Assembly: GCA_964411385.1 (NCBI GenBank)
Contig: CAYPKT010000003.1
Location: 137,302 to 201,301, forward strand
Direction of reading: 5' to 3'
Source: an uncultured Candidatus Brevefilum sp.
GTDB taxonomy: Bacteria; Chloroflexota; Anaerolineae; Anaerolineales; Anaerolineaceae
Length of the DNA: 64,000 nucleotides
This document shows positions 30,706 to 41,266 of the stretch, piece by piece. The notes under the pieces are model-generated. The model saw nothing but the letters and a program-made list of their open reading frames with translations. It was not told where the DNA came from and made no database searches. Positions within the stretch are counted from its first letter, which is position 1, and the number at the start of each line of letters is the position of its first letter. The translations under genes were made by a program, and so were the position numbers.

Positions 30706-31071
30706 AATTTGAATTATTTATTATTTATAAAGAGATCATTTTAGAACCTATTTACAGTAAAACATTTTACGCATTCAGCTTGTTGGAATTAGAACTTTAA
30801 CAACCTAGAATTATGGCTAACTTACCTAATTGGGAGAATATCAATAATACATTTTCTGCCAATTATGCAAATTACTTAAGATTAAATTATTGCAATCCTT
30901 ATATTATATTAAAACTTTTAGGATGAAAATTACATTATAATAATCAATGTGTTTCTTGAAGTAGATGATAAGTAACTTAATTTATTTAAGAATATTTGCT
31001 ATCGTTATTACTTTGTTAGGTTCTAATTCTCGAAGCATCAATAAAGCTAATATTTATGAAGGGAAGGTTAT

Positions 31072-32067
31072 ATGAGATTAACTATTTCAGATATTGCTCG
31101 AAAAGCAGGGGTATCGAAGACGACAGTTTCGCGAGTGCTCAATAATCGACCGGATGTAGATAGTGATACGAGAAACAAAATATTGTCGATTATAAACGAT
31201 TTGGATTATTTACCGTCTTCAGCTGCGAAAAGCTTATCTACTGGAAAACGTAATCTGATAGGCCTGATTGTTCCATCGCTCTCGACTTTCTTTAGTTTAG
31301 AGATTATTCGAGGCGTTGCTGAAGGAATTGCTGATACTCAATATGAGCTGGTTCTATATACGACCAGCTTATCAGAATACAACCAAAAAATTTACTTACG
31401 AGCTATTCGGAATGATCTGGTCGACGGGATCATTATTGTCCTCCCAAGAGACCAAAAAGAAAATTACCTCCGCTCAAAACACGAAATTCCTATTGTTGCT
31501 GTTGATTATCCTGGCGTAAGTATTTTAAATCCGGCAATTACTGCTACAAATCAACAAGGCTCGTATGAAGCAACGAAGTACTTATTAGGACTTGGGCACA
31601 AAAAAATTGGCTTTATTACGGGATTAATGGATTTAGACTGTAGTAAACAAAGGCTCCTTGGCTTTGAAACGGCAATGGAAGAAGCTAACTTGCCCATCGA
31701 TTATAACTTCTTAACAAACGGTGATTTTACAAGGGCTAGTGGCGAACGAATAGCAGCTGATTGGCTTAAACGAGAAGAAAAACCAACTGCAATTTTTGCA
31801 TCTAATGACGAAATGGCTATTGGCGTGATGAATGTGGCGGAAAGTTTAAATATCTCTATTCCAGTAGACCTTTCGATTATTGGTTTTGATGATATTCAAG
31901 AGGCAAAATTAATAAGGCCGCCATTAACAACAGTACGACAACCCTTATTTAACATGGGTTTCCATGCAGCTGCTGGAATTACTAAGCTAATTGATGGCCA
32001 AGAATTTGAATCCCTCCAATTGGAGACAGAATTGATCGTTCGAAACACTTGTTCAATTCTTTCATGA
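31072..32067 (+). CDS. LacI-family transcriptional regulator
   Basis: N-terminal HTH ISDIARKAGVSKTTVSRVLNN, followed by a periplasmic-binding-protein-like sugar sensor domain. Confidence 0.92.
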   Translation: MRLTISDIARKAGVSKTTVSRVLNNRPDVDSDTRNKILSIINDLDYLPSSAAKSLSTGKRNLIGLIVPSLSTFFSLEIIRGVAEGIADTQYELVLYTTSLSEYNQKIYLRAIRNDLVDGIIIVLPRDQKENYLRSKHEIPIVAVDYPGVSILNPAITATNQQGSYEATKYLLGLGHKKIGFITGLMDLDCSKQRLLGFETAMEEANLPIDYNFLTNGDFTRASGERIAADWLKREEKPTAIFASNDEMAIGVMNVAESLNISIPVDLSIIGFDDIQEAKLIRPPLTTVRQPLFNMGFHAAAGITKLIDGQEFESLQLETELIVRNTCSILS

Positions 32068-32162
32068 TAACAACTAAATTCTAGGATGGTATTTATTAAA
32101 TCTGCAAGATAAACAAGGTTCATTTATTTACCATATGAATTGTGAAGAAACAGTATTAATAA

Positions 32163-34307
32163 ATGTTAAACAATAATAAAAAACATAATTACCAAGATCC
32201 GAGTCGTTCAATTAAAGATCGTTTGAATGATTTGCTTTCACTTCTCACCATAAATGAGAAAATTGATCAACTGTCCAACTCAACCCCCGAAATCGAACGT
32301 TTAGGGATCCCTGCTTATAATTATTGGAACGAATCTTTGCATGGAATCGCACGTAATGGAAAGGCAACAGTATTTCCACAGGCAATTGGGTTGGCAGCTT
32401 CGTGGGCCCCCGAACTCATTTACCGCGTTGCAAATGCCATTAGTGATGAGGCTCGTGCGAAATATAATGAAAGTTTAAAAAGAAATAATAAAACACTTAT
32501 TTATCAAGGCTTAACATATTGGTCTCCAAACATAAATATATTTCGAGATCCTCGATGGGGTAGAGGCCAGGAGACCTATGGTGAAGACCCCTATTTAACC
32601 GGAGAATTGGCCACTGCTTATGTAAAAGGTATGCAAGGTGATCACCCAAGGTATTTAAAAACAGCTGCTTGTTCAAAACATTTCGCTGTGCATTCAGGAC
32701 CAGAGGGAATTAGGCATAACCAAAATGTAGAAATTTCTCAACAAGAAATTTACCGCACCTATTTACCAGCTTTTAAAAAATTAGTTACGAAGGCTAAAGT
32801 AGAAATCGTTATGGGCGCATATAATGCACTCAATGGTACGCCCTGTTGTACAAACACTTTTCTGCTTAAAGATTTGCTACAAGATCAATGGGGATTTGAT
32901 GGCCATGTTGTGTCGGATTGCGACGCATTTAATGATTTACCTAACTACTATAACCACGAGCTTGATCATGTAGAGACGACAGCATTAGCCATTAAAAGCG
33001 GATGTGACTTGGTCTGCGGTTGTGCTAAAGAATCTATGAGGGAAGCTATCGAAAGAGGTTTATTAACCGAAGAAGATGTCGATCTTGCATTAGAGAAAAT
33101 ACTTCGAACACGATTCAGGTTGGGAATGTTTGATGACCCGGAAAATAACCCATATAATGAAATACCAAAATCAGTTATTGACTGCGAAAGTCATAGAAGT
33201 TTGGCCTACGAGGCGGCGAGTAAAAGTATTGTATTGTTGAAAAATGATAATAATCTTCTCCCATTAGATGTAGAGAAGATTGAAAATTTATTGATTGTAG
33301 GCCCAACCGCCACAAGTATGGAAATATTACTTGGAAATTATTTTGGGGTTAGCTCAAAAATGGTTACTGTATTGGAAGGATTAATCAGTAAGTTGCCAGA
33401 GGGAGTTCGAGTTCAGTATAGAAAGGGGATTTCCCTAAACCATCACAACACCCTTACCCTGGATTGGGCAATAAACGAAGCCAAAGTATCTGATGTTACG
33501 ATTGTTTGTTTGGGATTAACGCCGCAATTCGAAAGTGAAGAAGGAGACGCTTTTCTTTCAAATAATTTTGGTGATAAAGAAACAATTGATTTGCCACCGA
33601 ATCAGTTAGATTATCTTAGAAAGTTATCAAAAACTGGGACGAAGGTTGTCCTATGCCTTTCAGGAGGCAGCGCAATTAATATTGCTCAGTTACGCGAATA
33701 TGCCGATGCTATATTATTTATTTGGTATCCAGGTGAAGAGGGTGGTAACGCGGTGGCGGACATCCTTATAGGAAATGAAGTTCCTTCGGGTAAACTGCCG
33801 GTTACTTTTATAGAGAGCGTTGATAAGCTCCCTGAATTTGAAGATTACACTATGGAAGGAAGAACTTATCGTTTTTCAACTGATAATATTGATTACCCCT
33901 TTGGATTTGGGTTAAGTTATTCAAGTTTTGAATATTCAAACCTAAAGTTGTCTACGACAAAAATTAATTCGTGCATGGCGTTATCAGGTTCGTTTATGCT
34001 AACAAACACGGGTGGCTTTGACGCTGAAGAAGTTGTTCAAATCTACCTTGAATACCCAAAGAGTGCTTATGGGATTAAATATCAATTGGTTGATTTTAAA
34101 AGAGTTGTAATAAGAACAGCAGAAACTATGCTGGTCGAATTTCACATTGACCCAGAAAAGTTACTTGTGTGCAACCCTGAGGGCGACTATGTTTTACACC
34201 CTGGTGAATATAAATTGATTGTTGGTGGATGCGCCCCTGGAGACGCAGGAATTGAAAAAGGCGCAGCAAAACCAATAGTAGAAAACTTTGTTATCTACGA
34301 AAAATAA
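32163..34307 (+). CDS. GH3 beta-glucosidase/beta-xylosidase
   Basis: 714 aa with GH3 motifs (FRDPRWGRGQETYGEDP, VVSDC). It lies directly upstream of xylA/xylB, which favours a xylosidase role. Confidence 0.88.
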   Translation: MLNNNKKHNYQDPSRSIKDRLNDLLSLLTINEKIDQLSNSTPEIERLGIPAYNYWNESLHGIARNGKATVFPQAIGLAASWAPELIYRVANAISDEARAKYNESLKRNNKTLIYQGLTYWSPNINIFRDPRWGRGQETYGEDPYLTGELATAYVKGMQGDHPRYLKTAACSKHFAVHSGPEGIRHNQNVEISQQEIYRTYLPAFKKLVTKAKVEIVMGAYNALNGTPCCTNTFLLKDLLQDQWGFDGHVVSDCDAFNDLPNYYNHELDHVETTALAIKSGCDLVCGCAKESMREAIERGLLTEEDVDLALEKILRTRFRLGMFDDPENNPYNEIPKSVIDCESHRSLAYEAASKSIVLLKNDNNLLPLDVEKIENLLIVGPTATSMEILLGNYFGVSSKMVTVLEGLISKLPEGVRVQYRKGISLNHHNTLTLDWAINEAKVSDVTIVCLGLTPQFESEEGDAFLSNNFGDKETIDLPPNQLDYLRKLSKTGTKVVLCLSGGSAINIAQLREYADAILFIWYPGEEGGNAVADILIGNEVPSGKLPVTFIESVDKLPEFEDYTMEGRTYRFSTDNIDYPFGFGLSYSSFEYSNLKLSTTKINSCMALSGSFMLTNTGGFDAEEVVQIYLEYPKSAYGIKYQLVDFKRVVIRTAETMLVEFHIDPEKLLVCNPEGDYVLHPGEYKLIVGGCAPGDAGIEKGAAKPIVENFVIYEK

Positions 34308-34342
34308 GATTAAATTGAATTTTTAAAAAACAGGAGATTACC

Positions 34343-35512
34343 ATGTCAGAAAAATATATACCAAAGCCAGAGCATAAATTCAGTTTTGGACTTTGGACAG
34401 TCGGTTCACTTGGAAGAGATCCTTTTGGAGATGCGGTTAGAAAGCCGCTCTCACCTGCTGATTTGGTTTATTTGTTAAGTGAAGTGGGCACTTATGGCGT
34501 AAACTTTCATGATAACGATTTGATTCCAATTGATGCGAGCCTTGAAGATGAAAGAAGGATTAAAAAGGATTTTCGTAAAGCACTAAATGATACTGGGATT
34601 GTTGTGCCTATGGCAACAACGAACTTGTTTTATGACCCAATCTTTAAAGATGGCGCTTTTACAAGTAGCGACGCCCAGGTGCGCGCCTTTGCTTTAAGAA
34701 AAACCATGCGCGCTATGGACTTAGGTGTTGAGTTTGGCGCTAAGGTTTTCGTATTCTGGGGTGGGCGTGAAGGTACTGAAACGGATTCCAGTAAAAATCC
34801 TGTTGATTCAATTAAATTAATGCGCGATGCAATAAATTTTCTTAGCGAATATTCCCGAGACCAAAAGTATGATTTAAAATTCGCATTAGAAGCTAAACCA
34901 AATGAGCCGCGCGGCGATATTTACAACTCAACCACTGGCCATATGTTGGCTTTTATTGAGACACTTGATTACCCCGAAATGGTAGGAGTGAATCCTGAGA
35001 TGGCCCATGAGCACATGGCAGGGTTAAACTTTTTACACGGGGTCGCTCAGGCTTGGGATGCAGGCAAATTATTTCATATTGATCTTAACGATCAATACCC
35101 TGGTCGTTATGATCAAGATTTGCGGTTTGGTTCAAGGGACCTCAAAGCTGCTTTTTACCTTGTAAAATTCTTAGAGGATGTTGGGTATTCTGGCTCGCGA
35201 CATTTTGACGCTCATGCCTACCGAACTGAAGATTATGATGGTGTTAAAGATTTTGCCCGAGGTTGCATGAGAACTTATTTAATCCTGAAAGAAAAAGCTG
35301 AAAAATTCAACCAGGACGAGGAAATTCAATCTTTACTATCTGAGATTCGTTATGAAGATGAAAAATTATCATCGCTAATGGATCGTTATTCAACCAATAA
35401 TGCAAGCCAGTTAAAAGATTATGTATTTGACAGGGCACAAATCTCTGCTCGAGGCTTGCAATATGAAAAACTTGATCAACTAACGATTGACCTTTTATTA
35501 GGTGTTCGTTAG
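34343..35512 (+). CDS. xylA: Xylose isomerase (short class I type)
   Basis: 389 aa. Motifs [15 protein letters not shown] and [10 protein letters not shown] match class I xylose isomerase. Confidence 0.93.
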   Translation: MSEKYIPKPEHKFSFGLWTVGSLGRDPFGDAVRKPLSPADLVYLLSEVGTYGVNFHDNDLIPIDASLEDERRIKKDFRKALNDTGIVVPMATTNLFYDPIFKDGAFTSSDAQVRAFALRKTMRAMDLGVEFGAKVFVFWGGREGTETDSSKNPVDSIKLMRDAINFLSEYSRDQKYDLKFALEAKPNEPRGDIYNSTTGHMLAFIETLDYPEMVGVNPEMAHEHMAGLNFLHGVAQAWDAGKLFHIDLNDQYPGRYDQDLRFGSRDLKAAFYLVKFLEDVGYSGSRHFDAHAYRTEDYDGVKDFARGCMRTYLILKEKAEKFNQDEEIQSLLSEIRYEDEKLSSLMDRYSTNNASQLKDYVFDRAQISARGLQYEKLDQLTIDLLLGVR

Positions 35513-35712
35513 TTGAATAAATGATGTCGTGCTGGCTAATCATTACGATTAAGGCAGCAGGTAGCAATTTTATAATTACATTTAATTATATTATGCGTTG
35601 ATAGATTGAATAATTTGTGATAATAGGTTACCTCATCTTACCTTATCCTTAAATGAGGGATTTACGCGGTGTATTAGAATGCAGAAGGCAGGCCTCGGGT
35701 TAGGAGCAAACA

Positions 35713-37209
35713 ATGTATTTTTTAGGCATTGATATATCAACTACAGCAACTAAAGCGTTGCTAATCGATGGAGATGGCAAGCTAATTGGTGTAGGGTCAA
35801 CTGAATATCAATTTGAAACACCTAAGCCTTTATGGAGCGAACAAGATCCAAACCTTTGGTGGGAAGGTACAAAAATAGCTGTTCGTGCAGCTTTAGAAAA
35901 TGCTAAGATAAACGCTGATGAAATCGTTTCAATCGGATTAACAGGGCAGATGCATGGTTTGGTTTTGGTAGATGAAAATAATCAAATCCTTCGAAAAGCA
36001 ATTTTATGGAACGATCAACGCACCCAAAAGCAATGCGAACAAATTCATGATTTACTTGGACGCGAGAACTTTATAAAAATCAGCGGTAACGTAGCACTAT
36101 CGGGTTTTACTGCTCCTAAAATCCTATGGGTTAAAGAAAATGAACCTGAAATATATAAACAAATTGGTCATATTTTGCTTCCTAAAGATTTTGTGCGCTT
36201 AAAATTAACCGGAAAATATGCAATGGACATGGCCGATGCTTCGGGTACCGTCTTAATGGATATTAGCCATAGAAAATGGTCGCCAGAGATACTCGAAGGG
36301 TTAGAGATTGCAAAATGCTGGTTGCCAGAACTTTACGAAGGAACCCAAGTAACTGGGGTAATCACAGAACAAGCTGCAATTGAGACTGGTCTACAGCCAG
36401 GGACCCCAGTTGTGGGGGGAGGAGGAGATCAGGCAGCACAAGCAGTTGGTGTCGGGGCAGTCAAAAGTGGGATAGCTGCACTCACTCTTGGTACGAGTGG
36501 TGTGGTTTTTACAAGTACAGATCAACCGTCTATTGAGGCTAATGGTAGGCTCCATGCATTTTGCCATGCTGTACCAGGCAAGTGGCACCTCATGGGTGTG
36601 ATGCTCTCCGCTGCAGGGAGTCTTCGCTGGTATCGCGATAGGTTTGCCCCTGGTACCGACTATGATAACTTATTAAAAGGTACTGGCGATATAGAAGCTG
36701 GTTCAGAAGGTTTGCTGTTTCTTCCTTATCTCACAGGTGAGCGCACTCCACATCCCGATCCTTTAGCCCGAGGCGCATTTATTGGCATGACTGTTAGACA
36801 CGAACAAAAACATTTTTTGCGGGCAATTTTAGAAGGGGTGGCCTTTGGGTTTAAAGATATTTTTGGTTTGATCAGTTCATCGGGAGTTGACAACATTAAC
36901 CAGGTTAGAATTTCTGGTGGTGGTGCGAGGTCACATATATGGCAGCAAATTTTAGCAGATGTTTTGAATAAAGAGCTTGTGACGGTCAATACGGTAGAAG
37001 GTGCTGCTTATGGGGCAGCTATTCTTGCTGGGGTGGCGGTAGCACATTGGCCTGATGTAGAAAACGCCAGCGAGAAGCTTATTAAAATTAGCAGCGTTGT
37101 TGAACCCCAGAAAAAAACTGTAAAAGTCTACGAAGAACAATTCAAGATCTATAAAAGTCTGTACCCGTTGTTAAAATCTACATTTCATGGTTTGTCTTTT
37201 AATGTTTAA
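35713..37209 (+). CDS. xylB: Xylulokinase (FGGY family)
   Basis: MYFLGIDISTTATKALL, GQMHGLV and ISGGGARS motifs. Adjacent to xylA. Confidence 0.9.
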   Translation: MYFLGIDISTTATKALLIDGDGKLIGVGSTEYQFETPKPLWSEQDPNLWWEGTKIAVRAALENAKINADEIVSIGLTGQMHGLVLVDENNQILRKAILWNDQRTQKQCEQIHDLLGRENFIKISGNVALSGFTAPKILWVKENEPEIYKQIGHILLPKDFVRLKLTGKYAMDMADASGTVLMDISHRKWSPEILEGLEIAKCWLPELYEGTQVTGVITEQAAIETGLQPGTPVVGGGGDQAAQAVGVGAVKSGIAALTLGTSGVVFTSTDQPSIEANGRLHAFCHAVPGKWHLMGVMLSAAGSLRWYRDRFAPGTDYDNLLKGTGDIEAGSEGLLFLPYLTGERTPHPDPLARGAFIGMTVRHEQKHFLRAILEGVAFGFKDIFGLISSSGVDNINQVRISGGGARSHIWQQILADVLNKELVTVNTVEGAAYGAAILAGVAVAHWPDVENASEKLIKISSVVEPQKKTVKVYEEQFKIYKSLYPLLKSTFHGLSFNV

Positions 37210-37348
37210 AGTTTCTAGAAATTTAATTTAATAAAGAGTTATATTGTTATTTGTTAATCAATAATGATATAATGTTTCAATCAGTAAAATAAAAAAACGG
37301 ATTGTAAAAAATACTTCTACGGATTTAATTTTCCCCAAAGGAGACACC

Positions 37349-38395
37349 ATGAATACAAATGAAATATCCGAATATAAACCTGCAGTGACACGCTATCAAA
37401 CAATGGAATATAGACGGTGTGGGCGCAGTGGGTTGAAACTGCCTTTAATTTCATTAGGGCTATGGCAAAATTTTGGTAATTTATCATCCTATGAAAATTC
37501 AAGAGAGATGCTTAAAACAGCCTTTGATTTAGGAATTACTCACTTTGATTTAGCTAACAACTATGGTCCACCGCCAGGGGCAGCTGAAGAAAATTTCGGC
37601 AGAATCTTAAAACAAGATTTAGTAAAATATCGCGATGAATTAATTATTTCTACAAAAGCTGGTTATGATATGTGGCCAGGACCATATGGAGAATGGGGAT
37701 CGCGAAAATATTTAATTTCGAGTTTAGATCAAAGCCTTAAAAGGATGGGTTTGGAATATGTTGATATTTTTTATTCTCATCGCTACGACCCTGAAACCCC
37801 ATTAGAAGAAACGATGCAAGCGCTTGATCAAATTGTGCGGCAGGGAAAAGCTCTTTATGTAGGAATTTCGTCATACGGTCCTAAGGCTACTTTAAAAGCT
37901 GTAGAAATACTTGGTTCTTTAGGAACGCCATGTTTAATTCATCAATCCTCTTATTCACTGATCAACCGTTGGGTTGAGGATGAATTGCTCGATGTCCTGG
38001 ATAATAATGGCGTTGGTTTAATAGCCTTTTCTCCTTTGGCGCAAGGAATGCTTTCAGATAAGTATTTGAACGGCGTTCCAGAAGGTTCTCGGGTTTTATT
38101 AGAAGGGTCGCTAAGGAAACAGTTCCTCAATGAAGATAACCTTTCGAATATTAGGGCTTTAAATGAAATTGCAAAAGAACGAAAACAGAGCTTAGCACAA
38201 ATGGCACTCGCCTGGGTACTTAGAGACCGCCGTGTTGTGAGTGCCCTCGTCGGTGCGAGAAATAAAGAACAAATTGTAGAAAACGTTAAAGCGATAAATA
38301 ATTTATTATTCACAGAGGAAGAGTTAGCACAAATTGATCAACATGCCAAAGAAGGAAATATTAACCTTTGGGCTAAATCTAGCCAAGACAGTTGA
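37349..38395 (+). CDS. Aldo/keto reductase (YghZ/Gpr-like)
   Basis: MEYRRCGRSGLKLPLISLGLWQNFG and HFDLANNYGPPPG motifs. Confidence 0.88.
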   Translation: MNTNEISEYKPAVTRYQTMEYRRCGRSGLKLPLISLGLWQNFGNLSSYENSREMLKTAFDLGITHFDLANNYGPPPGAAEENFGRILKQDLVKYRDELIISTKAGYDMWPGPYGEWGSRKYLISSLDQSLKRMGLEYVDIFYSHRYDPETPLEETMQALDQIVRQGKALYVGISSYGPKATLKAVEILGSLGTPCLIHQSSYSLINRWVEDELLDVLDNNGVGLIAFSPLAQGMLSDKYLNGVPEGSRVLLEGSLRKQFLNEDNLSNIRALNEIAKERKQSLAQMALAWVLRDRRVVSALVGARNKEQIVENVKAINNLLFTEEELAQIDQHAKEGNINLWAKSSQDS

Positions 38396-38442
38396 TTAAG
38401 TTTGGGTTATTTTCAATTTGCCAGAAAGAATAATTTTCTTCG

Positions 38443-39408
38443 TTAAGAATTAGTGTTTTGTCTTGCAATAAAATGATCGATTTCGTGGCGATATGGGAGA
38501 TCTGCGCCTTCACGGGCGCAATTGAGTGCGGCAACGAGGGAAGCGAAATGGAGGCAATTGCGTAACGCCTCTGTGGTGATCTCTGCAAGCGCTAAAGACG
38601 ATGTTAAAAACTTGTTTTCGTATAGGTAAGTAAGAGCACCAGAGAAAAATGAATCCCCAGCCCCAATCGTATCTACCGTCTCGACATTTACTGCTTTTAC
38701 AAAAACGTTAGCTCCATTGGAATGAAAAGCGATTGCACCATCAATACCTTGGGTGAGGATTACTAATTTGATGCCCATAGAAAACCACTTTGGTAGGATC
38801 TGTTGAATTTCTGCAGAGGGATAAAGTAATTTAAAATCGACATGGCTCATCCGTAAAATATCAACACAAGTAAGCCAGCCTTCGAAACGTTTTCGGTAGG
38901 CATCCCAATTATTAATAACAATAGGGCGTACATTGGGGTCAAGCGTGATAATGCGCTTACCTTTTTCCCGGCGCATTAATGATTCAAATGTGGATGCGCC
39001 TGGTTCTAAGACCAAAGAAATCGACCCGAAATGAAGCGCCTTGACGTTATCTGGAAAGTGAGTAGGGAGGTCTTTAATGTTTAAACTTCGATCCACAGCA
39101 CCTTCTGCATAAAAAGCGTATTGTGGTTCTGCATGTTTTTCCTGAGGGTTAAGGCTAACAAAAGCAAGGGTCGTCGGCCCGGCGATGCGTGGACAAAAAC
39201 GCAAGTCAACATTACTTTTAAGCAAGTGGTTTTCTAAAAGATCTCCAAAAAGATCGGTAGATAATCGTGATAGAAAACCAACAGGTATCTGCATACGACC
39301 AAGCCCAACGGCAATATTGAAGATAGACCCGCCCGGGTAGGGTTGATAGGCTTTATTGTCTTTTGTTGGAATAAAATCAATGAGTGATTCTCCACAGCAA
39401 ATAATCAT
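38443..39408 (-). CDS. PfkB-family carbohydrate kinase (fructokinase-like)
   Basis: N-terminal MIICCGESLIDF and C-terminal DTIGAGDSF motifs. SD AAAGGAG upstream. Confidence 0.85.
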   Translation of the reverse strand: MIICCGESLIDFIPTKDNKAYQPYPGGSIFNIAVGLGRMQIPVGFLSRLSTDLFGDLLENHLLKSNVDLRFCPRIAGPTTLAFVSLNPQEKHAEPQYAFYAEGAVDRSLNIKDLPTHFPDNVKALHFGSISLVLEPGASTFESLMRREKGKRIITLDPNVRPIVINNWDAYRKRFEGWLTCVDILRMSHVDFKLLYPSAEIQQILPKWFSMGIKLVILTQGIDGAIAFHSNGANVFVKAVNVETVDTIGAGDSFFSGALTYLYENKFLTSSLALAEITTEALRNCLHFASLVAALNCAREGADLPYRHEIDHFIARQNTNS

Positions 39409-39609
39409 AACAACTCCTTTGTCCTTGGTTTAATTTTATCATTGAAAATTTAACTTTAAAGAAACAAAACAAATCATAGTTGTAACCACCTTTTGAAAAT
39501 TGTGAAGAAATAAATTAATTAAGTGCTAAATGGTTGTTGAGAAAACCTATGAAATTTTTGGGTATTTGATCAACCGATAGATCAAATACCATTTTATAAC
39601 AACACAAAA

Positions 39610-39638
39610 CCCTCCAGAAGAGTTAACCATCTGGAGGG
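39610..39638 (-). terminator. Intrinsic terminator downstream of the LMW-PTP gene
   Basis: 9-bp GC-rich stem CCCTCCAGA / TCTGGAGGG. On the minus strand it is followed by TTTTGTGTT. Confidence 0.6.
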
Positions 39639-39696
39639 TTTAAAGATTTAATGAGTTTCTTTATCTTATGATAAAATTATTAATCTTATTTTTCTT

Positions 39697-40176
39697 TTAA
39701 AGATCATAAGTTGTCTTGATAAGGGTAAGAATTGAATAGAAGCCTTGGTTAATTATGTCGACAATTTCTTTGGCAACCATTTCTACAGTTACGTTGTCTC
39801 CTGCAAAAGGGTCGAGAATATCGAAAGAAGAGAAGCCCGCAGCTTCAGACAAGAGAAATACCCGGTTACGAACATCAGGGAATTCAAGTGAAATTGCTTC
39901 CTTATGGTTACTAGTCATGACGAGAATAAGATTAGCGTTATTCAATAAGTCGTAATTAACCATCCTTGATTTATGGGCATCTAAATTTAATCCAATAGAA
40001 CGGGCGCATTCGAGGGCTGATGGCATAACCGGGAGCCCATTTTCGGCCCAAGTTCCCGCACTTGAAATAAGAATTTCATCACGATAATGACGATTGACAA
40101 GTTCACAGGCAAAATATCCCGCTGCAAGGGGCGAGCGAAAACGATTTGCAGTACAAATGAATAAAATAGAAAACAT
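39697..40176 (-). CDS. Low-molecular-weight protein-tyrosine phosphatase
   Basis: P-loop ILFICTANRFRSP (CX5R-S) at the N-terminus and a downstream Asp in the DP loop. Confidence 0.85.
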   Translation of the reverse strand: MFSILFICTANRFRSPLAAGYFACELVNRHYRDEILISSAGTWAENGLPVMPSALECARSIGLNLDAHKSRMVNYDLLNNANLILVMTSNHKEAISLEFPDVRNRVFLLSEAAGFSSFDILDPFAGDNVTVEMVAKEIVDIINQGFYSILTLIKTTYDL

Positions 40177-40236
40177 CTGAAAACAATTAAAAATAATCCT
40201 CGATATGCGTATAAGAGCCTTATTGTTTATTAAACT

Positions 40237-41157
40237 TCACTGAAGCTTAGGATGATCGCGAGGGACAACAATCCAATCGCCGGGATATAAAACAAAATCT
40301 TCAGAAACATTATTGTAATGAGCAAGTTGTTCAAGAGATACTTCTAATTTTTCCGCTAAATAAGATATCTTTATATTTTCATCAACGACTTCATAAGGTT
40401 CAAAGACAGGCAAATCGGAAACATCTGTAAATTCTAAAGGAATAACAATTACCCAGTCGGCCCAAAGAATATCTAATAAATCGTAATTGATTGCTTTAAT
40501 TGCATCCACGGTAGTACCGTATTTTTCGGCAAAGTGAAGCAAGGTCTCTCCCTCCATTACGCGATGAATGATAAACTGGATTTCTCCGCCTATTGGCACG
40601 CCAAGCGAAAGCGATGGCCTTTGTGCTGTGGGTGTAGGGGGTATTTGTGTATTTGTGGGTTCGGGTGTAAAAGGTGTGATGACTGCTTGCGTGAATTTAT
40701 TACCTGGTTCTATAAGTGCTTTGTTTTCCTCTTGGGTAATTGTTTTTTCTAAATTGATTATTTGCCCAAGTGAATCTGATGGTGGCATGGTTTTACCGCT
40801 GGAAAAAAGCCATTTTTTACCTAACATGAGACTGGTGATTGCAATGATCATTATGAAGATTGCTGCAATTAAATTAAATATTGTCTTTTTTGGGAAAAGC
40901 CCGGCAGGGTTTTGAAAACGTATTTCCTTCGGCATTTTTTGCCTCGATTCCGTTTTGAAAACAGGGCATTCAACGTAATTCGGGCAAAGGCAATATGACT
41001 TTTGATGATCTAAAGACGGTGTGGTAATCGGGGTCACATGATGGCAACAGTTTCCACTTGAAGGATAAGATATTCTTGTTAAAGGATCATGCTTTAATCC
41101 AAGATGCGGGCATGGATCCAGAGTAACTTTTTGATTTTGCGTACTGATGGTTTCCAT
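40237..41157 (-). CDS. Membrane protein with a Cys-rich cytoplasmic N-terminus, one TM helix and two C-terminal LysM domains
   Basis: CPHLGLKHDP...NCCHH...CLCPNYVECPVF at the N-terminus, TM helix IFNLIAAIFIMIIAITSLML, and LysM-like repeats (GETLLHFAEKYGTTVDAIKAINY; LAEKLEVSLEQLAHYN). Confidence 0.75.
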   Translation of the reverse strand: METISTQNQKVTLDPCPHLGLKHDPLTRISYPSSGNCCHHVTPITTPSLDHQKSYCLCPNYVECPVFKTESRQKMPKEIRFQNPAGLFPKKTIFNLIAAIFIMIIAITSLMLGKKWLFSSGKTMPPSDSLGQIINLEKTITQEENKALIEPGNKFTQAVITPFTPEPTNTQIPPTPTAQRPSLSLGVPIGGEIQFIIHRVMEGETLLHFAEKYGTTVDAIKAINYDLLDILWADWVIVIPLEFTDVSDLPVFEPYEVVDENIKISYLAEKLEVSLEQLAHYNNVSEDFVLYPGDWIVVPRDHPKLQ

Positions 41158-41266
41158 TGATAAGTTTATTACGTAATTTACTCCGCGTTTAAATGTACCT
41201 TAAAATTAATGTACTTTGTGAATATAAACAATTCAATTACCTATTATTGATTTTATTTGTTCCATA

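Noticed and set aside
30706-31071. ~365-bp AT-rich intergenic region upstream of lacI, inspected for an ncRNA or small gene (for example a 37-codon ORF starting at 30813)
   Set aside because: There is no SD, no conserved-looking structure or repeat, and no operator copy. The composition is consistent with a plain promoter or spacer region.
39561-39590. 11-bp perfect hairpin GGTATTTGATC/GATCAAATACC as a terminator
   Set aside because: It lies between two minus-strand genes but has a U-tract only on the plus strand (ATTTTAT). The GC-rich hairpin at 39610-39638 with TTTTGTGTT on the minus strand is the better terminator. The function of this AT-rich palindrome is left open; it may be a protein-binding site.
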